Source of the DNA: Balanoglossus misakiensis
Lineage: Eukaryota; Animalia; Hemichordata
Assembly (NCBI GenBank): GCA_040954595.2
Contig: CM082578.2
Span: 4,322,831 to 4,386,830 of the forward strand
Direction of reading: 5' to 3'
Length of the DNA: 64,000 nucleotides
The notes beneath the pieces were generated by a model, which did no database searches, was not told the DNA's origin, and was given only the letters and a program-made list of their open reading frames with translations. The translations under genes were made by a program, and so were the position numbers. Positions 47,001 to 60,935 of the stretch are shown one piece after another (positions within the stretch are counted from its first letter, which is position 1; each line of letters opens with the position of its first letter).

Positions 47001-50000
47001 CGATTTCTCCCTACTTCAGTCTTAACCTGGTGTTTACTAAATATCTATTGTTTTCTGCGAAATGCACCGTTAACGGTCATAGGGATCAGTTTATGTGAAA
47101 TGACAAATTGAAAAGAATATGAACCTGCTGTTTCTAGCTTATGTTGCATGGGTCGTGAATCACCACCGGCACATGTAGCACGCGGCACTTGAATTCTGCT
47201 TAGCCTTTTTTTCTGTATTTTCATCTGACTACATGTCCTCAAACAGAGAAAGTGATGTGAAGCATTTGTGGTAGCCCCTGCTTTACAAGTAAGGTATACG
47301 CTAATACACCCTTTTCATAAGTCTAGTGCCCTCACACAGCCATCATAAATTTGAACTCACAGCGAGGCCATTGGGGAAAGTTGACCAATCACATCAAGGG
47401 GATTTCCCTATTAGCCTCACTCTGAGTTCCAATTCATGATGGCTGCGTGGGGGCGCTAGACTTATGAAAACAGTGTATTATGATAAGGAGACAACCTACC
47501 GCAGTTACAGAGGAATCTGATTTCATAGTCACTGCACATTAACAAGGGCTGATTGAAGTTAAAACACTGGAGCCCGACAGTTTTGACGCATTGAAGTCCA
47601 CGTTGGTCAACAACTTGATCGAATGGAGTCTCTGTACCGACCTCTCGGCACTGGATGTCTACGATATTCTCCACGGGACAGTATCTGTATCTTCGTCGGC
47701 AAACGGGGTGAATTTCTAGATCTCCACCAGTTGGCCGGTTAGAGGGAGACATGCAGTTCATCCACGGCGTCCAATATGCCTCAGGTTTTTCACATATCGG
47801 AGGCAGGATCGGTGAAGATGTTGTAAGAGTTGGTGTTGTGGTCGGTGGCCCTGTAGTATAGATGGGCGATGACACTTCTGTGGTTATGATAGATGTTGTC
47901 ACTTCTGTGGTGGGGGCAGCTGTTGTCCCTTTCGCTGTTGTCGTAGGAGCGGTTGTTTTTTTAGGAGGTTTAGTCCTTTTAGGAGGTTTTGTTCTCTTTG
48001 GGGGCTTGGTACGCGAGGGCCTTGTGTAAGGGCTTGAACCCCTTCCACTCAGACCTGATGTTGTTCCGTTCACTGTGCTGGGGACAGCTGTTGTCACTTC
48101 TGCGGTGGTGACAGGTTCTGTGGTGGGGACAGATGTTGTCACTTCTGTGGTGGGGATAGACGTTGTCCCTTCTGTGGTGGGGATAGACGTTGTCCCTTCT
48201 GTGGTGGGAATAGACGTTGTCCCTTCTGTGGTGGGGATAGACGTTGTCCCTTCTGTGGTGGGGATAGACGTTGTCCCTTCTGTGGTGGGGATAGACGTTG
48301 TCCCTTCTGTGGTGGGGATAGACGTTGTCCCTTCTGTGGTGGGGATAGACGTTGTCCCTTCTGTGGTGGGGATAGACGTTGTCCCTTCTGTGGTGGGGAT
48401 AGACGTTGTCACTTCTGTGGTGGGGATAGACGTCGTCACTTCTGTGGTGGGGATAGACGTCGTCCCTTCTGTGGTGGGAATAGACGTCGTCCCTTCTGTG
48501 GTGGGGATAGACGTTGTCCCTTCTGTGGTGGGGATAGACGTTGTCCCTTCTGTGGTGGGGATAGACGTTGTCCCTTCTGTGGTGGGGATAGACGTTGTCC
48601 CTTCTGTGGTGGGGATAGACGTTGTCCCTTCTGTGGTGGGGATAGACGTTGTCCCTTCTGTGGTGGGGATAGACGTTGTCCCTTCTGTGGTGGGGATAGA
48701 CGTTGTCACTTCTGTGGTGGGGATAGACGTCGTCACTTCTGTGGTGGGGATAGACGTCGTCCCTTCTGTGGTGGGGATAGACGTCGTCACTTCTGTGGTG
48801 GGGATAGACGTCGTCCCTTCTGTGGTGGGAATAGACGTCGTCCCTTCTGTGGTGGGGATAGACGTCGTCCCTTCTGTGGTGGGGATAGACGTTGTCCCTT
48901 CTGTGGTGGGGATAGACGTTGTCCCTTCTGTGGTGGGGATAGACGTCGTCCCTTCTGTGGTGGGAATAGACGTCGTCCCTTCTGTGGTGGGGATAGACGT
49001 CGTCCCTTCTGTGGTGGGGATAGACGTTGTCCCTTCTGTGGTGGGGATAGACGTTGTCCCTTCTGTGGTGGGGATAGACGTTGTCACTTCTGTGGTGGGG
49101 ATAGACGTTGTCACTTCTGTGGTGGGGATAGACGTTGTCACTTCTGTGGTGGGGATAGACGTTGTCACTTTCGTTGTGGTGTGAAGGGTTGTTGTAGACA
49201 CACGTGTCGTTATTGCGGATGTAGAGGTTAATAGTTTAGTTGTGGTTGGTATTTCTGTCGTTTTTCGTGGTTCTGCACTTGTTATAACTGTTGTTGAAAT
49301 CGCAGGCGTCGTCAGGCAATGTACTCCCACGTAATGGATAGTGTGGTTGAAACAGTAGCTGAAAATATATTACATTTTGTAATTAATGTTCAGTTGACAC
49401 ACAGAGAGACTAATGGGCGGATGGATCGCTGGATGGACGAATGAAGACAGACAGACAGGCAGACAAGACAGACAGACAGACAGACAGACAGACATAGGCC
49501 GACTGTTCCCATTAGCTCCAACCGGGTATATACATTTCCAAATAAGAATAAAATGGTCTGAAGCAATATTGCTGTGGTCACCATAACTTTTGCATCTAAT
49601 GTGAATACGCCTGGGACAACGTAAATCAAATTTCAAGGCAATCTGACCAGAGGTTAATAATAATCATTATAATAATAACCTCCAAAATACATTACTTTTA
49701 AGATTGTCATAATTCGAAAAAATGTGAATGAGAAAGTCATGAATAAGTTCAAAACAAACATCAAACCCGAAAGCAACAAAACTCAATGAAGACATTATGT
49801 GGTAAATGAAACCTAATTTTCAAAGCAGTCTAACAATTGTTTTATTTTGTTACATTTTTACATGTTTCAACTCATTTGCATATTGTGGGTAATTGAAGAC
49901 ATTTATCTGCACTTCATTATGCATTGATTCTTAACTTGTTGCAGTGGACACACACACATTTACATAGATATTCATCCACCCACTCACACACATACATACA

Positions 50001-53000
50001 TACATACATACATACATACATACATACATACATACATACATACATACATACATACATACATACATACATACATACATACATACATACATACACACATACA
50101 TACATACATACATACATACATACATGTACATGTACATACAGACAGACAGACAGACAGACTCAGAAAGGCAGAAGACTGACCCATGGCTCTCACTGTTAAT
50201 TATATATGTACAAGAACGGGGCCAAAATCGAGATTTAAAATTCTGCTATAGTCATATTTGCCAAGTTTCCGAACTTTGAACAGTCATTTGGCTCTGTAAA
50301 CTAAGGCATGACTGTATATCTCCACTCGTCACGTCTAAATCGGTTGTCTTCTTGTATGTATACGACATCATCCCGATGCTATAGTTTTGATCAACCCCAG
50401 GTTGTGTTTTGTACGTCTGTCCATTTTTCAGTCATACAAATACGACACAGCATATTGCTTAAACATAACACAAATGAAAAGTCACATAAAACAGAAAAAA
50501 AACACAAAAAATTGTCAAATAATGCTCGCCAAACGTCTCTTACCAGGTTCGACAAGCGTCTGAACATGATGATATGACCTGCCCATCATAGTATTTAACG
50601 CCATCAATCTTGATGCAGTAACAGGTCGACTCAGGAACACAAGAGTTGGTGTCTGGATCGTACACTTCATCTGAGGGGCAATTGCAGCCTTCAACACACG
50701 GTTCGTTACAGCCGTCAGGGTCGTAGTCGAAGTAATTATCACAGGTGCGTGGACATGCCGCCACGCATGGTTGGTAATCTCCACACCCTTCGCATTGCAT
50801 TGCTGTTGAAAAGAAAACAAGTTTTACGTTATGCGCATACACCCTTTTCGTAAGTCAAGCGCCCTCACGTAGCCATCATGAATGTGAACTCAAAGCGAAG
50901 CGATTGGGGAAATGTTGACCAATCACATCAAGGGATTTCCCCCCATTGGCCTCGCTTTGAGTTCACATTCATGAGGGCGCTAGACTTATGATTTATAATA
51001 TTTAAAATACAGTACCATGCTTATCCATTAGACTGCTTCATTTGCGTGTCTAGGTAATGAGTATTTTCAATTGCAGTGACTACTTACGGCAAAGTTCCTG
51101 ACTCCTCCACCTGATGGGCACACCATTCAAGTTACATTCTTGAGCGTAGGCCGCCAGCGCGGTACACAAACACTCGCAGTCTCCGCCAGTGTCACAGGCG
51201 CATGAATCGAACACACATCTGTCGTAGAACGGCATGTGGTCCACCTCGGCGTGGCAAGGCTTGAAAATATCCGACTTCAGAATACAACACTGCTTGGTCG
51301 CCCAAGCCCTTCTGTGGGGAGCGAAGAAGCAGGAGTCTTGGGTGTTGTGTGTCTCGCCGCAGTAGGAGTAAAGTTTCCAGCTGTCACTGAATTCAATGGC
51401 GTTGGTTGCAGGCGGGCCTCCAAGGGGCATGACGAAATCATCAGCTTGATTACCATTGAAGTTGCCACATAAACCTTCCACCTAAAACAACAGTGCATAA
51501 GATTATAGAAATGTTAAAACACTTATAGCATTTCATAATCATTATGACACCTGCTTAAATGCGAATTTGTATCATAAACATCTTTGCCCATTATCGGATA
51601 CTGTTAGCGCGCCTAATCGAATGTGCCGATCTGCAAAAATACGAAACGTCTTTATCCCGGTCGTCGAAGTGTGGAGATGAAACGAGAGCGACATAAGCAT
51701 CAACAAATAAGAAAACAGGTCAATAAAGTACTCGTATCCAGAAGTGACCTTTGTGTCGTTGGTCTGCTTTATGTTATATCATCCCGTGATTACGATTTAA
51801 CATACAGATTTAAACAAATATTTCGAACATATTTCAAGATGTTTTCTCTGGAATGGTCCTTTCGATTAATTTCGTCCATCAATCGTCATCCTCAGTGAAC
51901 GTTAACGTACACCCGTTCACTACGCCTCAATGACAAATATGAGAAACACAAGGTCATGGACTATCGAATTAGCTACACCATGTTGAAAAATGTAACATTT
52001 GGACTTAATCCAAACTCTTGAATGGAATTCGCAAGGCCCCGAAAAGGACACCAATAAAAACAACGTAACTAACGTGACTTACAAGTCCTTTGAACTTGGG
52101 ATCCAGTTTCAGGTACACCCTGCTACCTTTATCCCACACCAGACTGATTCCCTCTGGTATCTTCACAAATGTGAACATGCCGGTCTGCCAAACTTCGAAC
52201 TGCGACCCCTCCGGCACGCTGACTTCGCTGCCTTTCTCCAGCTTCACCTTCTCATCCCTGCCCCTTCGAGTCACCGTGAAGGTGATCGCCTTGGAACAGG
52301 TGATGCCCGATGTGCTGCACAGGATATTTTCTGTGGTAACCCGATACTGCACGTACGGGTTGTCGGCCGTACTCCTGGAGAAGACGTACACACAGACTCC
52401 GAAGTATTCGAAGAGTCTCCCGTCAAAGGTCTTGGTGTGCGAGTCTCCCCACGAGGAGCAAACGCCCGGGCACTCTCGCATTTCACATTCCCAGTGAGAT
52501 CCATTGCAGACACTGGTAAAAAAGTCAAGGAGAAAAATAAAACGGAAAATAGTCTTAAGTCTCTCTTGCCTTGTTGCAGTGAACATCACATGTCTCGAAA
52601 ACCCCTGAAGCACAAATATCTATCACGTCTGGCGGTCAACTGTACACGGTAGATTAGAGAGCATTCGTTTGCAATTATGAAATGATCCTTATATGCAATG
52701 GTCGTCATGCTGCGGAGGGACTTCCACCACCCAAACACGTATTTTACATGCTGCAGCAACTTGTTTACTCAAGAAAATGAAAAAAAAACATCATAATGAT
52801 AATCTTCAAAAAGCCGCTATCAACCCCTGCCAGCATTTTCGTTGGCGCGCAGTTCTAACAAAATGTGGTTCACCGGACAATGCCCAATTCTGTTTTACAC
52901 CATCTTCTTTTTATTCCACAAGAATACCGCGACTGGCATAATGTCGATTGGAATAGTGGTGATAACTGTTATAAAATGGATACCATGACTGACGTTAAGT

Positions 53001-53612
53001 ACAGTCAGCAAAGTGAATGATAGCATAGAGATATCAGGGATGAGTAAAACAGCCTGTATAGCCAATGTGATATCAACATGCATGCATGATAGTTTACCAA
53101 TACAATCAAGAACACAGTGTTTCCGACGCACGATTCTTACCATTTGTTACACTCCACAGTAATGCTGTCCCCGGATGAATAACTTTTATCGCCGTGGTGA
53201 CAAGGGCACTGCTCTGGTGGGATGCACTGGTCTCCTATAAAATGTAATATTCAAATTATATTTATTGATTGAATCTCCAATGATTTCAGTGTGCCCATTT
53301 AGGGCTGACAAGGCATTTTAGACACTATTACTTTTCAAGTAGCCATTAGGGCTGATAAGCAACTGTGACAAAAACGAAACCTTCGCACTTGGAAGCTCAA
53401 ATTCTGCATATTTTTGTGAGGCATACTATTATCCTGTGCGGATATGTTTGGAATCAATCCGGACTAAAACGTAATTGAACATGCTTCCCGTCGATGCATT
53501 GTAAACAAAGTCATTAATAATGGCACCATTACAAATATAGTATCAAACATTACAATAGCATAAGATCATAGTCGTAATTTTATAGCAATAACCCCCGTCG
53601 AGGTTATAGCAC

Positions 53613-53643
<31 letters not shown>

Positions 53644-53799
53644 TGTATGTATGTATGTATGTATGTATGTATGTATGTATGTATGTATGTATGTATGTAT
53701 GTATGTATGTATGTATGTATGTATGTATGTATGTATGTATGTATGTATGTATGTATGTATGTATGTATGTATGTATGTATGTATGTATGTATGTATGTA

Positions 53800-53854
<55 letters not shown>

Positions 53855-53943
53855 ATGTATGTATGTATGTATGTATGTATGTATGTATGTATGTATGTAT
53901 GTATGTATGTATGTATGTATGTATGTATGTATGTATGTATGTA

Positions 53944-54014
<71 letters not shown>

Positions 54015-54041
54015 ATGTATGTATGTATGTATGTATGTATG

Positions 54042-54072
<31 letters not shown>

Positions 54073-57000
54073 TGTATGTAATGTGTGTATGTATGTATGG
54101 GGTAAAAGTCATGCAGGTAATGTAAAAGTGTTAAAGCTCATTAGACGGCATTGGAATGTCATCTTCACGATAAGTAAGTAGCATACATGCGTACCGTCTA
54201 AAACGTAACCCTCTATACACTGACAACCTGGTTCGCAGACACCGGAGTTACAATCGTGGACTTGGTGCATGTTCGAGCAGGTCTTGGTGCACGTCTTCTT
54301 GCAGTCCGCGTAGTGCATGTTCTCGCCGCAGATGGGATGAAGACACTCTCGGTCGGTGCACTCCCACGCCCCGTTGATGCAAGTGCTGTAAAATTAGATG
54401 CGGGGTGGGTTTAATATCTCCCCTTTATACATGTTGAACAGGCAATTCAACGAGTGGCATAAACACAATGTTCACTGCTAGGAACAATTTTCACGTCATT
54501 ACATTAGGATTGTCGGTGTGTGTGGGTGGGGGCGGTGATCTAAAATTCACTGGAGCAAGAGTTGGGAGTAATGGTCTATTATCCGTATTCATGACTTATT
54601 AGAAGGTAGTTAAACATCTCTCTTTGAAATAAGCACATAGAAAACAATTGTACATTGTTTTGATGGATTTGGCACAAAACCTTTTGGGCTAAGATAAGTA
54701 AGCAAACACTTATTTATTTTTATGGTAGGGAGAATTTAGGCCAATCTCTAACGGGCTATGTGCAATGTGAAAGCAAATACCCATTTCTTTGTTTTCGGGA
54801 AACAATGTTAAAGGGGAAATCCGCTGTAGCTGATTTCTACATAATTTGGTAGCTTTGATGTCTCTCTTTCAGAAAAAAACATATTCGCCATGTATAGGTC
54901 GCGCGATTTTTTACAAAATCTAGGGAAAGTTGGCAGAATTTCCAATATGGCGTTTACTGTAATTTGAATCATGGGAAAAAAAGCGCCAGGACCAACTTCC
55001 GCCCACCTTGGTGTGGGTGATACCATTTCCCGATTGGTGTCACTGTGTCAAAGGCTAAGCGTATTTGCATATTTTTCATGGGTTATAGCTCATGAAAACT
55101 GTCAATAGATGACAAATTTTCGACTTTGCTGATGATTGTTTATCAACTGATGCAAAGAACAAACAATAGCTATGAAAATACGCCTAGTCTGTCGCCCAGT
55201 GACACCAATCGGAGAATGGTACCACCCACACCATGGTGGGCGGAAGTTGCTCCTGGCGCTTTTTTTCCCATGATTCAAATTACAGTAAACGCCATATTGG
55301 AAATTCTGCCAACTTTCCCTAGATTTTGTAAAACATCGCGCGACCTATACATGGCGAATATGTTTTTTTCTGAAAGAGAAACATCAAAGCTACCAAATTA
55401 TGTAGAAATCAGCTACAGCGGATTTCCCCTTTAAGTAATCCACCTGACATGCAATGATAACTGTAGAGTTGCAAATTGAGACAGCAAAACAAGGGTGAAC
55501 TTCGAAATTTTCATTCTATCAGGCAATTATACTTTTGCAATTAAATATATATTGAATTGGGCTTTTCGTGGCTCTCGTTACAACATATACGAAACTGCCT
55601 TACGGTTTCAAATATCCTATTTCGAAATGTACATTTGATCTTCAGTTGAATAGACCCGAGACCAGAAATTTGTTTTGTCTCAGACAAAAGAAATCTAGAA
55701 AAGATGACAGGCAACAACGAATTGCTAGCTTACGTTTTAGAAGGGTTGAAACATTAATATCGTTCGTAACTGTTGAAATGTGGAAAACACTCACCATGGC
55801 TGACAGATTGGTTGTATTGTGGTTCCCGCCGGGTACAACTTGTCATGATGTTTGCACTGGCATTCTGATATGGCCACACAGCGTCCGTCGAAATCGCTGA
55901 CCATTCCTTGGGGACAGGCACAACCCTGAACACAACGGTCCTCGCAGGGTCTGTCGGCAGCCAGGGCCGCGCATGACGTCTGGCAAGCAGAGCTGCATTC
56001 CTGGTATGTTTGATCGTTGCTGCACGTGACACCTGGCGAGAGGGAAAAACAAAGAAACAACAAACATGCGAGTTGGAATCAAGGAAAGGAAATGGGTAGG
56101 AATTATATCAAACACACACCACGGAGAAAGACAAAACGGAAATTATTCAGATATAATTTATTATTGTTTTACTTGTGAGTATGGCTACCCGCATCTCTTG
56201 ACAATTTGAACAAATCACGAACTCGAATACGACAGCAATGCAAATGCAAGTGATTATTGACGGTACAGCTGCCAATCAAGCTCGAATCGAAGACGTCATA
56301 CATACAGATAATTTGAAATGTTTTCAACTGCTGTGCTTGTAGTCCAACAGACACCCGTATTTAGTTCAGTATACGTTTTATGACTTTGGACTCGATTACT
56401 GACATGCGTATACCAGATGTTCAGAGTGTTAAACACCTACAACGTGACCGATCAAGGGACGCTGATTTACTGAAAAGTTCGTCCACTTTTCCATGCAAGT
56501 CCAACGAATTGTAACACAATCAGTAATTTGTGTGGCTATAGCTGCATCCATCATTTACATTGCTGTAGACATTATGGTCTTACCGCATCTGGGGTTGAAA
56601 TCTCGCCACAGAATCACGTTGTCCCTGTTGGCGCAGTCCATCGCATACGACGCTGCAATCTCGCAGAACTTGTCTTCCATCCGATGTTCATAGTCATTGC
56701 ACAGATCGTACAAGCAAACCCTGTAATATTCTTCCACGTTGACGGTTGAATGGCAGTCTGGAGAAAATCAGAATGATCTCGGTGAGAGAAAAACCTCAAT
56801 TGATATGCAAACTGTTATCTAAAGCTTATCCATGAATTGACACACACGCGGCACCTTCACGGAATGCACGTCCTTAGTAAAGATTGCACGTTTCCCGATT
56901 TTTCTATTCGTCCCAGATCAAACATTTGCATTTTCCTACGCTACCATAGACAAGAATTCTCAGTCACGTGGACAGCCTGAGGGACAGTCCAGGAAGTCCC

Positions 57001-60000
57001 GCTCATGGCGGCTCATGAATTTGTCAGTCTAAGCCTACCGAAGCTATAATAACAAAATTTAACTGTTGCAAGACTATGCTCAAATCAAAATGAAACGGGG
57101 TGATGTGAAGTCTAAAGGGGTCGAAGAATTTTCTATTTGCAAAACATGTTGCCAGTTAGCATGGTTGTTTTTTATTTATGTCATGGTGATGTGACCTAAG
57201 AGAAAATATGTAAGCCCAAATAAAAAATATGTGCTGTTCCTAATGCATGTACATGGTTTTCAAAAATAGGGTAGGTGGGTAGGGAAATGTTTTTATTTTG
57301 CAATTTTTATATACATGTATATTTGGCCGCCGAAGTGTAGAAGAAATACGTCATAGTTCTTGCGTGATTCTCGCAATTTTCATAAATTTTGTATATTTGA
57401 CATCATTATTTTTACTTCCGGTTTACGAAGCAGTAAAACGTTTAGGATCGGCGGGCTAAAATTAGGGTAGGTCGGTTAATCGGAACAGCACGTATTTTGT
57501 TTTCTTTGGCCTAACGAAGTGCTATGTTTACACTCAACGCGTAAATGTTCATCCAACACCCTTCAGCTAGAACAGCCTTCACTTGAATACCACACTTACC
57601 CGAAAAGGGGTTTTCGTGTAACCTTTGACATAGGTTGGTGGACTGTTCCCTTCTTTGGCTGTACAAATCACAGGGGTTCGTCGGAGTGATGGGAGGCGTA
57701 GCCGTGCAGCTGCTCGCAAATTTCCATTTTTCGCAGAATGCTTTTGGCTGTTTTTCAATGTCGCCCTCAAGCGTCCAGAAATCATTCTGTGAAAGAAATA
57801 TTCACATGACTGTGAACACACTCTAAAATCCCACTTTTTATTAATCAGACGACACCTTCTTGAACTTTGACTAAATTTAGTGAAAAATAAGAACATTCAA
57901 CCAAATGTTTTATATTGCGATGATACATTCCACGCCAGCTTCAGTGAAAACGTCCCGCTGTTACAAGAACGAGAAGTTAGGACGATTTCTCTCCTTGATG
58001 TGTTCTCTGTGATATTTTATTTTGAATTATGGGATATTATGAAAGGTTTCAACAACAAAGTAAACAAAAACCGTACCTCTTGATTTTGATCGAAAGTACC
58101 ACACAACCCGCAAGTCTGATTAAAGAAACTTGGTGGAACCTCGACGTAGATCTGCGCATCGCCGTTCCACAGCACTGCTACGCCACTGTCAAGGGTCACC
58201 TATATACATTGTGCAAAAACAATTATTGACAGTCAATAAACAAGCATGTACATAATGGTGTGTCAAAAATGGGTGCATATCAGACGCTTTGTATGCACGC
58301 CCCATAATGCTTAAAATGACCAATTCCATCGGAGCACATTACAGATGACACAATCTTTACATGTACGTCTATTTTACTGGCATAACAGAAAACGGAACCA
58401 CACTTCTTCTTTATGTAAACATCTCTCTTAATACCTTCTGTGTATTATACATATTGACATATCTCTGGTGAAATAAAGTTCATAAGTTCACACAGCATAA
58501 TTACTTTTTGGCCAACATTTGTTACTATAAGATATTGTACAAGTAGCGTTCGATATACGTAGTATTATCTTAAACCTCAACCATTAATATCTCTAACCTC
58601 TCTCTGTCTGCTGTATGGGGTATATTACGTCATCAATGACACACCGGAACGGTGTCTTCGATTAACGAGGTATCACAGGAGAGGAATCACTTTCTTCGTC
58701 CGATTCTCGTCAGTAGCATTACAAGAAATCTATTTTGCACATACATGTATGCCCATTGTAGTGGGTGGCATATGCCAAATTTTCATAACATTCGTGCATT
58801 TTGTGTTAATAGGAAATCGACAAATTAAGATAGTGAGCCACTAAATGTATGTTAAGGGTGACCATGTCAGCCATTTAACCGATATTTCGTGGCTCGCTAT
58901 CTGAATTTGTCTATTACACATTAGCACACATCTGAGCCAAACTTGGAGCTTTTATCATAAAATGCACAATCGAATTGTTATGCCGCTCCACTGTCGTTAG
59001 TTTTCATAGTACACGCACGTACACACCTTTTGAAACTGGTCGGTGACCTGCTCGACAAATATCCCCGGAGCGGCAAAAGGCAGGTCGGTTGGCTCCAGCT
59101 CATCGCCGTGTACAAGTACAACTTGGTTCTGCTTGAGTTTCACGTAGGTATCTCCATTACTCACTACTAGGGATCTGGCAGGGTCGAACAACCAGAACTC
59201 AAGGTCAAGCACGTTTCACGAATGTACACGAACCGCAATTAACATAGACTGCAAATTGATAAGTTGCCAAGCCAATCTATTTACCGCTCAGTAATCAATC
59301 AGTAATATGAATTAATCACCTAGAAATCATCCACAGAGAATCTAGCAAACACTTGGTTGATGGGAGACAGTGCATGCACAGACAAGGGCCAACAGAACCA
59401 CAGTGTATATTAAAGGCACATGAGCTGCAAATTTTGGGATAATTTATATCATAATTGTTTTTTCAAGGTATACTACCTTTAGCCTATAAGGATTTATGCA
59501 CTGAAGTATTACAAGTATTATAAACCCTAAATATAAATGCATATGCAAGTTTTAACCAGAACAATAATACAGCTTTACCGCAAAGGAATATGGCCGCTAC
59601 CGTTGGAAAATGCAAAATACAATGAAAATGTTGCATTTCCCACTATGAAACTTTATACACAAAGCATAATCTCATCCACTAGAACGTATGGAAGTAAATG
59701 AACTCCACTAAGACATTTTCATTTTTCAATGTAATATTTCACTTTTTAAATAGCCGGAATTTTCAAATGTACTGCTATTTCATTAATTTTTGGGACATTT
59801 TTTCATAAATAAGTTTTATGTTGATATAGTATCAGGCAATATCATTTAATAGACAGAATTAAAAGCATATCCGAGATTATTTAAAACTTAATTTTTTAAA
59901 CCAGTTGCAACACATGTGCCTTTAAATAAACGAATGTCCCGGAGAAAACACACCGGCGGGCCAAAGTGATGGCTTACTCTCCCGATTAATTGAAGTAGGC

Positions 60001-60867
60001 CGAAGTCTGCCGTACCCATCGTTATATACGTAAAGCAGTAGGATACGGAGGGTAAATGCTGGGAGAGACATACCTAGAACATTGTTGAAGTCCATCGCCA
60101 ACTTCACTGGGGTAATTACAATGATGATATTCTATGTTGATGCTGAAGAAAGATATACCGGCATTGCGATGTGTCAGCAATATGTATGTACACTCTCCAA
60201 GGAAATCATAGCGCCGCCCATCGAACGTCTTGTAGTGAATGCCGTTACTAATCGTACAGGTCCCTGAGAAATGCAAGGAAATTAAAAGCGGAATGCCACA
60301 ATGTTACAGTGTTGCCACAGTTACAATGGAAGGCGGGGTATAGATTTTTACTTGGGTATCCACGGGAAAAAACAGTGTCACCAGTTATAGATGTGCCCTT
60401 ATTAGACCCCGGTTAACTCAAATCATAGCGGTCGCTCTATCTCGTTTCTGAGGCTTATCAAAAACAACGAAAGCGTCGAGATTAACATTTAACGTGGAGA
60501 GCTAAGTGACAATTGTTTTCAGACATCACCTATGCCATGAAATAACTGCCTTCGTATTACAAAAAAAATTCTGGATTATGCAATGAATTTGATTTCGAAG
60601 TTTCCATCAATATTCTACTCACCAGTGCAGATTCTTGAGGAACAGGTCCACTTTCCGCCTTCACACGAACTGCAATCGACAGTAAATTTCACTATTTTAG
60701 ACAGAGGTACTGTGAACGGTCGCCGGACGACACTCACGTTGTATGCGAATATATAAGCGCATTAACGCGTACACGTGCAATTTGATTTTGAAAGTTTCAT
60801 GAGATTTATATTTACAGAAAAGTTTCAAAAGTATCAAAACCACCACCACCACCACCACCGCCGCCGC

Positions 60868-60935
<68 letters not shown>

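Noticed and set aside
48075-49184. 369-aa [12 protein letters not shown] on the plus strand
   Set aside because: Antisense shadow of the PTS1 VNTR.
54808-55434. Two near-identical ORFs on opposite strands
   Set aside because: They are the arms of a fold-back MITE.
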